Shown here: piece by piece, positions 6,165 to 11,893 of the stretch
Layout: each line of letters begins with the position of its first letter
Numbering within the stretch: position 1 is the stretch's first letter
Assembly (NCBI GenBank): GCA_043822065.1
Contig: JBDRCC010000018.1
Span: 1-11,893 of the forward strand
Direction of reading: 5' to 3'
Origin: an archaeon
Lineage (GTDB): Archaea > Undinarchaeota > CAZHTU01 > JBDRCC01
DNA length: 11,893 nt
Translations under genes and position numbers: made by a program
The notes under the pieces: model-generated
The model's input: only the letters and a program-made list of their open reading frames with translations
What the model was told of the DNA's origin: nothing
Database searches by the model: none

Positions 6165-6914
6165 TTATACCTCTATTTTCGAGAATGCGACGGCGCTGAG
6201 TGTGAAAATGATGATTATGGCGCCTACCAAGACGGCCAAATCTGTGCCGAGACCGAAGAGGGTGGACGATGCAAGGGTGCCGCGCAAGCCGTCGACGCCG
6301 TAGGACAACGGGTCGATGCGCGCGATAAATCCAATTGACGGCGGCAGGTTTTCGATGGGAAACAGCGCACCTGAGAGGAAAAACATGGGCATCAGGAGGA
6401 AGTTCATTATCAGCGGAAACGCGTGCATGTCCTCCATTACTGAAGCAATAGCAGTCCCCATCGCAGTGAAGAGCATGCCGACGAGGAACATAAAAAGCAG
6501 GGCAAGCGGAATCATTGAAGGATTCAGCGGCCTGAAGCCTACGACAAGGGTTATCAAAAGGACGACAATGCCCTGCGCAAAGGCAACGGTCGCGCCGCCG
6601 AGGGTCCTGCCAACGACAATTGTGAGCCTTGAAACCGGTGCCACAAGGGTCTCTTTGAGGAAGCCAAATTGCCGGTCCCATATGACCTCTATCCCCATGA
6701 ACATCGCTGTGAAGAGGATGCCCATCGCGATTATGCCCGGCGCGAGAAAGTCCAGGTAGTTTCCGCCCCCTGCTTTCTGGAATATCGGGCCGAATCCAAA
6801 CCACAGGGCAACAAGGAAAAGCAGAGGCTGGCCGAGCGAGCCAATCATGCGCGAACGCGACCGCACGTACCTCTTCAGCTGGCGTATCCAAAGGATGTAT
6901 ATCTCTTCGAGCAT
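6165..6914 (-). CDS. ABC-2 type exporter permease (DrrB-like)
   Basis: 249 aa with about six hydrophobic segments; YLDFLAPGII, DRQFGFLKETLVAPVSR, PMFFLSGALFPI and DPLSYGVDGLR are ABC-2 membrane motifs; directly follows the ATPase (TAAATG). Confidence 0.95.
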   Translation of the reverse strand: MLEEIYILWIRQLKRYVRSRSRMIGSLGQPLLFLVALWFGFGPIFQKAGGGNYLDFLAPGIIAMGILFTAMFMGIEVIWDRQFGFLKETLVAPVSRLTIVVGRTLGGATVAFAQGIVVLLITLVVGFRPLNPSMIPLALLFMFLVGMLFTAMGTAIASVMEDMHAFPLIMNFLLMPMFFLSGALFPIENLPPSIGFIARIDPLSYGVDGLRGTLASSTLFGLGTDLAVLVGAIIIIFTLSAVAFSKIEV

Positions 6915-7718
6915 TTAGTGCCTCCGCATCGCCCTGTGCACCTGCATTGACATGCCGGGTGAAACTAGCTCGTCCCGGAGTGACCTTCCAGTCAGTTTGA
7001 GGAAGGCATCCTCCAGCGAGGTGGATTTTGTCGATTTCTTCAGCTTGGCAGGGGTGCCCTGGGCCACTATTTTTCCGCCGTCGATTATCGCCACCGCATC
7101 GGCAATCTTCTCAGCCTCTTCGATATGGTGGGTAGTCAGGAAGATTGTGGTGCCCTCCTGCCGCTTCATTTCCAGCAGGTAGTCCCATATCTTGTTCCGC
7201 GTCTGCGGATCAAGCCCGAGAGTCGGCTCGTCAAGGAACAGTATCTTCGGGTGATGGACGAGCGCCCTCGCAATCTCAAGGCGCCGCTTCATGCCGCCTG
7301 AAAAGTGCTTGACCAAGTCGTCCCTTCGGTCCCACAACCCTACAAATTTGAGCAGATGCTCCGCCCGCTCCCTCCGAAGCGCCTTTGGGACTTTATAGAG
7401 TGCACCGTGGAATTCGAGGTTTTCATCGGCAGTCAGGTCCTCGTCCAGGCTGGGGTCCTGAAAGACTATGCCAAATGATTTCCGGACTGCGTCTTTCTGC
7501 GTTAGGACGTCGAAGCCGTTCAGCCTGACCTCGCCAGAGGTTGGCTTGAGCATGGTTGTGAGCATGCGTATGGTGGTTGTCTTGCCTGCGCCGTTCGGGC
7601 CGAGAAACGCAAAGACTGAGCCGTGGAGGACCGAAAGGGAGATTTTGTCAACGGCAGTAAGCCCATTGAATTTTTTTGTCAGGTTCCTTACCTTAATAAT
7701 CTCGGTCTGATTTGCCAT
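6915..7718 (-). CDS. ABC exporter ATP-binding protein (DrrA-like)
   Basis: Walker A GPNGAGKTT, Q-loop VFQD, signature FSGGM, Walker B ILFLDEPT, H-loop LTTH, terminal SLEDAFLKLTG. Confidence 0.96.
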   Translation of the reverse strand: MANQTEIIKVRNLTKKFNGLTAVDKISLSVLHGSVFAFLGPNGAGKTTTIRMLTTMLKPTSGEVRLNGFDVLTQKDAVRKSFGIVFQDPSLDEDLTADENLEFHGALYKVPKALRRERAEHLLKFVGLWDRRDDLVKHFSGGMKRRLEIARALVHHPKILFLDEPTLGLDPQTRNKIWDYLLEMKRQEGTTIFLTTHHIEEAEKIADAVAIIDGGKIVAQGTPAKLKKSTKSTSLEDAFLKLTGRSLRDELVSPGMSMQVHRAMRRH

Positions 7719-7740
7719 TGCGAAACACTAGTCAGGGCGG

Positions 7741-7755
7741 TTTATTAGCTTTCGG
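7741..7755 (-). promoter_or_regulatory. Candidate BRE/TATA for the ABC operon
   Basis: Minus strand CCGAAAG-C-TAATAAA, with the TATA-like part 23-29 nt upstream of ATG 7718. Confidence 0.5.
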
Positions 7756-7760
7756 TTAAT

Positions 7761-8957
7761 TCAGCCCGCAATGTACTTAACCTCGCTTTCGTCGAGCTTC
7801 AGCTCAGCTGAGATTTTCTCGGCAAAGCCTTTGTCCCTTGCGAGAATGCGGTAGTAGGGGAGGGCGCGTATCACGTCCTGGGACGACGAATGGGTTGCGG
7901 CTGCAATTTTCCTGGCAAGGCCGTCCCTGGCAGCCCTCGTGAAACGGTATCTGCCGTACTTCAGGAGAAGGGTTGGAGGCTTGTATTTGATGTAGTTTGG
8001 ATTCTTCTGCGACTTTGATACGCTGACGCCTGCGGAGATGAGCTCAAGGGTGTACCTCAGGTAGCCCCAGTACTGCTGGCGCATAATCCGCGAGCGGAAC
8101 ATGTCGGCGCGCGAAAGGACGGCATATGCCCTTGCAAGGTCCACACCGGAGTACTCAAGTGGCAGGTTTTCTCTCACCCAAAGGAATAGGTCATCGGGGG
8201 ACTTGTCGCTCTCGTTCATTGCCTGGATTGCAGTCTCGATTGTGGATGACTTGAATATCAGCTTCAGCGTCTCGAATATGTCGCGGACCTGGTCGCGAGA
8301 GGAGAGGAGGTCGACGTCTTTTTGCGAGACCTCTTTTTTGCCTGCGGCAATCGACTGGAGGTCGAGTATTGCGGAGCGCATGTCCCCGCCGGAGCGCTGG
8401 GCTACGGACTGGAGCACCTCTTTGGATGCGGAAATGCTTTCAGCCTTGCATATTTCGGCAAGGCGGCTGGCGATTGAGCGCGAGTCTAATTTCTGGAAGT
8501 GGACTGTGACGCATTTGTCCCGGAGGCTTCGGATGTTCTGCCGGTAGGGGTCGTTTGCAGTAAGAATTATTGGGTATCTCGCCTTTTCTATAAGCTCGAC
8601 TATTGTCGGGATTGCGCCCCGGTCCTTGGTACCGTAAAGCCCGTCGATTTCGTCTAGAAGGATTATTTTCTTGTTTCCGAAGAGGCTGGCCTGGGTTGCG
8701 GCTGAGACTGCTTTGGAAGAAATGGCTGCGGCGTTCCGCTCGTCTGAGGCGTTAAGCTCTACGAGCTCGTACCCGCCCTCCTTGGCGGCTGCCTCAACAA
8801 CCGCAGTCTTGCCTGTGCCGGGGCTCCCATAGAGCAGGACTGGCTTCATGCGCGGGCGCCAGTTCTTGAGGTAGCTAATGACGGACTGGACTGCCTTGTC
8901 CTGGCCGTATATCTCCTTAATAGAAGGCTTGTACTTCTTAGTCCATGGCTCGGACAT
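7761..8957 (-). CDS. rfcL: Replication factor C large subunit
   Basis: WTKKYKP, Walker A GSPGTGKT, ELNASDER, ASLFG, ILLDEIDG, PIILTAND, GDMRSAILDLQ, WVRENLPLEY, LSRADMF; rfcS is nearby. Confidence 0.95.
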   Translation of the reverse strand: MSEPWTKKYKPSIKEIYGQDKAVQSVISYLKNWRPRMKPVLLYGSPGTGKTAVVEAAAKEGGYELVELNASDERNAAAISSKAVSAATQASLFGNKKIILLDEIDGLYGTKDRGAIPTIVELIEKARYPIILTANDPYRQNIRSLRDKCVTVHFQKLDSRSIASRLAEICKAESISASKEVLQSVAQRSGGDMRSAILDLQSIAAGKKEVSQKDVDLLSSRDQVRDIFETLKLIFKSSTIETAIQAMNESDKSPDDLFLWVRENLPLEYSGVDLARAYAVLSRADMFRSRIMRQQYWGYLRYTLELISAGVSVSKSQKNPNYIKYKPPTLLLKYGRYRFTRAARDGLARKIAAATHSSSQDVIRALPYYRILARDKGFAEKISAELKLDESEVKYIAG

Positions 8958-8980
8958 AATTAGGGTAAGGAAAAGTGGGC

Positions 8981-8986
8981 TTTATA
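8981..8986 (-). promoter_or_regulatory. Candidate TATA for rfcL
   Basis: Minus-strand TATAAA 24-29 nt upstream of ATG 8957. Confidence 0.45.
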
Positions 8987-8993
8987 GTTATCT

Positions 8994-9425
8994 TCACGTC
9001 GTATCCCTCTTCGCGAGTTTTTTGCATATTTCCTCGATAGAGAGCCATGCTTCTGAAAACTTGTCTTTTTTCGCCCCGCCCTTGTGTTCTCCAATCTCGT
9101 GCTGGATGAATGCTAAAAGGTAGTCATTAAGCTCGAACGCAGGAGTTCTACAGGCAACTGCCACGGAATAAAGAACAGTATAAAGCTGGTCTGCGTCCTT
9201 GAGCTGGACGGACCCCATCGCAACAGGATACAGGAGAGGCATCCAGACTATACAGGAGCTGAAGGGGTATACCTTGCCCTGCCTGAGGCAGGAGCATCCG
9301 CTCGTGCTGCCATCCTCGCCGAAGTCGGCACAGACCTTTTCTATGCCTTTGGCAACCTGGCGCCCTATGTCTGCAAGAAGCTCGTCGTTGGATTTCTTTA
9401 CGCCTATTTTTGGTATTAGTTCCAT
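8994..9425 (-). CDS. Hypothetical protein, 143 aa, Cys-rich with HEIGEH
   Basis: ATG-initiated ORF filling the rfcS-rfcL gap on the same strand, with its own TATA-like box; no family recognised. Confidence 0.75.
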   Translation of the reverse strand: MELIPKIGVKKSNDELLADIGRQVAKGIEKVCADFGEDGSTSGCSCLRQGKVYPFSSCIVWMPLLYPVAMGSVQLKDADQLYTVLYSVAVACRTPAFELNDYLLAFIQHEIGEHKGGAKKDKFSEAWLSIEEICKKLAKRDTT

Positions 9426-9447
9426 GTGTAGATAGTGTATGCGTCAA

Positions 9448-9460
9448 TATTTAATGTTTT
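9448..9460 (-). promoter_or_regulatory. Candidate BRE/TATA for the 143-aa gene
   Basis: Minus strand AAAACA-TTAAATA, with the TATA 23-29 nt upstream of ATG 9425. Confidence 0.5.
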
Positions 9461-10405
9461 TTATGCTGCAAACTGCGCGAGAAGTGCGTCAAGCTGTATC
9501 TGCGGGTTTCCGCCCTCGGCTATCCGGAATTCGTACTCGCCGAGCCTGTCGAGGAGGTGGATTTTCCGCTGGTCAGGGATGTCGAGCTTCAGTATCTGGG
9601 AGTGCATCGACTTGAGTATGTCAATCGGAGGTATGCCGTCGCGGATTAGGAGGGTCTCGAGCTTGTCGCGGGCGTCAAGGAACTTCTTTGCGAGCGCGAG
9701 CTTGAGGATTTCGTCGACCTCCTTCGGCTTTGCCTTCGCCGCGACATCATAGATTGTCTCCTCAGTTATTTTTTTCTTGAGTGATGCTGCAGACTGGAAA
9801 ATATTTACGGAGTTCCGCATGTCGCCATTTGCTATTTTGGTTATGGCGTCAATTGCCTTGGCGTCGACTGTGAGCTTTTCAGATTTTGCGATTTTCTGGA
9901 GGAACTCCTTGATTTCAGACTCCTTTAAGGGCCTGAAGCGGAAGACGGAGCACCGCGACTGTATGGGCTCGATGATTTTTGAGGAGTAGTTGCAGGCAAG
10001 AATGAACCGGCAGGTAGCGGAGTAGTTCTCCATTGTCCGCCTGAGGGCTTGCTGCGCCTCCTGGGTCAGCGCATCGGACTCGTCCAGATAAATGAGCTTG
10101 AATGGCGCGCCGCCGATTGACATTGTGCGGGCGAAGTTCTTGACCTTGACGCGGACTACGTCTATCCCGCGCTCGTCCGATGCGTTGAGCTCGAGGATGT
10201 TCTGGCGCCAGCTGTCGCCGTAAAGCTCGTATGCAATGCAGAGGGCGGCTGTGGTCTTGCCAGTGCCGGCTGGGCCTGAAAAAAGGAGGTGGGGAAGCGA
10301 CTTGTCCTTGACAAACGCCCTGAGCCTTGCGATAACTGCCTCCTGCCCCGCTATGTCGGACAGCTTTTTAGGGCGGTATTTCTCAGTCCAAACAAGCTCG
10401 GTCAT
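9461..10405 (-). CDS. rfcS: Replication factor C small subunit (no intein)
   Basis: WTEKYRP, PHLLFSGPAGTGKTT, LELNASDERGIDVVR, LDESDALT, AQQALRRTME, IIEPIQSRC (SRC arginine finger), GDMR; 314 aa. Confidence 0.98.
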   Translation of the reverse strand: MTELVWTEKYRPKKLSDIAGQEAVIARLRAFVKDKSLPHLLFSGPAGTGKTTAALCIAYELYGDSWRQNILELNASDERGIDVVRVKVKNFARTMSIGGAPFKLIYLDESDALTQEAQQALRRTMENYSATCRFILACNYSSKIIEPIQSRCSVFRFRPLKESEIKEFLQKIAKSEKLTVDAKAIDAITKIANGDMRNSVNIFQSAASLKKKITEETIYDVAAKAKPKEVDEILKLALAKKFLDARDKLETLLIRDGIPPIDILKSMHSQILKLDIPDQRKIHLLDRLGEYEFRIAEGGNPQIQLDALLAQFAA

Positions 10406-10483
10406 AGGCGTGGATAAGGCGGATTAATACTTAAGCTTAGTGGGGAAAATATATTTAAATAGCGCGGGGGTTAAAGTGAATCC
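10406..10483. promoter_or_regulatory. Compact divergent promoter region rfcS/uppS
   Basis: + strand GGAAAATATA-TTTAAATA (TATA 10454-10461, 23-30 nt before the uppS ATG); - strand TTAAGTA (10434-10428) 23-29 nt before the rfcS ATG. Confidence 0.55.
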
Positions 10484-11194
10484 ATGAAGCTGGAGATATA
10501 TCCCCGACATGTGGGCATAATACCTGACGGCAACCGCAGGTGGGCCCAGCGGGAGGGCGTCCCAGTCGACGTAGCCTACGCCAAGGGGATACAGGTGATG
10601 GAGGACATCGCAGAGTGGGCGCTTAAAGACACTCCAATTGAATACCTCACGCTTTATGGATTCTCTACCGAGAATGTCACTAGAGGGAAACGGGAGCTGA
10701 AGGCACTTTTTGACCTCTACCAAAAGGAGTTCTACCGGGTCGCAGACAGTGCAAAGGTCCAGGGGAACAAGATAAGGATAAGGGCAATAGGCAACCTTGA
10801 CCTCCTTCCGCAGAAGGTGCAGGAGGCGGTCAGGTATGCGGAAGAAAGCACAAAAAAGTTTGGTAAGAAGACGCTCTGCGTCGCAATCGGGTACGGCGGG
10901 CGCGAGGAGCTCCTGCACGCGATAAAGGAAATTGCAGGCGAAGTCAAGAGAGGCAAGATAGACCTTTCAAAGATAGATGAGAACCTCGTAAAGGAGCACC
11001 TGTACACAAACGGGATACCCTACCCGGAACTCATAATACGGACGAAAGAGCAGAGGCTGAGCAATTTCCTGACCTGGCAGAGCGCATATTCTGAGTTCAT
11101 CTGCATAGACAAGTACTTCCCGGAGATGACGATTCGGGATTTCAAGGGGGCGTTGCTCGAGTACCAGAATAGAGACCGGAGATTCGGAAAGTAG
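10484..11194 (+). CDS. uppS: cis-prenyltransferase (polyprenyl/undecaprenyl diphosphate synthase)
   Basis: PRHVGIIPDGNRRWA, YGFSTEN, YGGREE, IIRT..QRLSNFLTWQSAYSE, C-terminal RRFG (RXG motif). Confidence 0.96.
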   Translation: MKLEIYPRHVGIIPDGNRRWAQREGVPVDVAYAKGIQVMEDIAEWALKDTPIEYLTLYGFSTENVTRGKRELKALFDLYQKEFYRVADSAKVQGNKIRIRAIGNLDLLPQKVQEAVRYAEESTKKFGKKTLCVAIGYGGREELLHAIKEIAGEVKRGKIDLSKIDENLVKEHLYTNGIPYPELIIRTKEQRLSNFLTWQSAYSEFICIDKYFPEMTIRDFKGALLEYQNRDRRFGK

Positions 11195-11283
11195 GAGCAG
11201 TTATTTTCTTTTGGTCGAGCTTTTCTTTCCCACGGAAAAGGTCGTTGGAGTACCAGAATAGAGGCCGGAGATTCGGGAAATAA
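11159..11283 (+). repeat. Direct repeat, 36-nt core (32/36 identical), period 89 bp
   Basis: 11159-11194 GAGTACCAGAATAGAGACCGGAGATTCGGAAAGTAG versus 11248-11283 GAGTACCAGAATAGAGGCCGGAGATTCGGGAAATAA. Confidence 0.95.
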
Positions 11284-11893
11284 GCCGGATTATTTTTTCT
11301 GACTTGAGAAGGGTCGTAGGCTTGTCCATGTTTCCGTATTGCTCAAGCAGTTTTGGCACATCCTCCTGTACCGCGACGTCAAAGAGCAGGTCAAGCTGGG
11401 CGTCAGAAAGCTTTGACGCAAATTCACGTATCATAAGCCCCATCTGCAAGTCTTTCTCAAGCTCCGCCCTCCAGCGGGTTTCATAAGAAACGCCGTTCTT
11501 TAGGCAGTCGGCAAGGATTTTTGCAGACTTCATGCCAGTAATGACGCCTCCGCCAGTAGTTGGCTTGACCTGCCCTGCGGCGTCCCCGACGAGATATGCG
11601 TTACTGGATTGGGTCCTTTTGAGGGCTCCTTTTATCGGTATCACGCCTGCAAACTTGGACTCCGGCTTTGCACCAAGCTTTTTCAGGAATGCATCAAATT
11701 TCTGGGGCGCATCGGAGAATGAGCCGACTCCAACCCGGACAAAATCACCAGCAGGTATTGTCCATGCGAAAAAGCCGTCAGTATACTCCCTTGAGAAGTA
11801 AAGTGCGACCTTGTCTCGTTCAGAAGGCATTCTGCAGTCTGCCTGGATTGTCTTTAGCAGGTTTTGCGGCTTGTAAGGCTCAAACCCGGCTTG
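11201..11893 (-). CDS. Geranylgeranyl reductase family NAD(P)/FAD-dependent oxidoreductase (C-terminal part; starts outside the window)
   Basis: Frame is open from 11893 (QAGFEPYKPQNLLKTIQADCRMPS...). GFFAWTIP (YxWxFP-like), VRVGVG and LVGDAAGQVKPTTGGGV (GD and PxxGGG motifs). Confidence 0.9.
   Translation of the reverse strand, partial: QAGFEPYKPQNLLKTIQADCRMPSERDKVALYFSREYTDGFFAWTIPAGDFVRVGVGSFSDAPQKFDAFLKKLGAKPESKFAGVIPIKGALKRTQSSNAYLVGDAAGQVKPTTGGGVITGMKSAKILADCLKNGVSYETRWRAELEKDLQMGLMIREFASKLSDAQLDLLFDVAVQEDVPKLLEQYGNMDKPTTLLKSEKIIRLISRISGLYSGTPTTFSVGKKSSTKRK

Noticed and set aside
6115-6891. N-terminal 259 aa of the 414-aa track ORF
   Set aside because: Alternate frame of the permease; the real start is ATG 6114 with its own TATA.
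11159-11283. Repeat pair as a DGR variable/template repeat or prophage att sites
   Set aside because: A/G differences go in both directions, the repeat is short, and no reverse transcriptase, integrase or cargo is present in the window.

Overview
Archaeal chromosomal window, mostly housekeeping genes; GatDE, FtsZ2 and RFC point to a euryarchaeal- or DPANN-like lineage that cannot be narrowed further from sequence alone. Gene order: glnA (partial, -), gatE (-), gatD (-), a 321-bp regulatory region, ftsZ2 (+), a ~290-bp structured non-coding region, a 155-aa hypothetical (-), an ABC-2/DrrAB-type exporter (permease and ATPase, -), rfcL (-), a 143-aa hypothetical (-), rfcS (-), cis-prenyltransferase uppS (+) and a geranylgeranyl-reductase-family gene (partial, -). 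No mobile element, CRISPR, tRNA or rRNA is seen. The unexplained structure is mainly non-coding. (i) ftsZ2 has a long 5' region with four TGCCCAA copies and a 3' region of pure A/C linkers alternating with hairpins, two with GGAA/UUCG loops; this 3' region also holds an 8-nt complement of the ftsZ RBS. (ii) A perfect 11+11-bp inverted repeat with a GGAA-N6-TTCC (NrpR-type) core lies at the divergent gatD-gatE-glnA / ftsZ2 promoter. (iii) An 89-bp-period tandem duplication at the uppS/GGR junction has a substitution pattern suggesting it resolved an ancestral convergent gene overlap.
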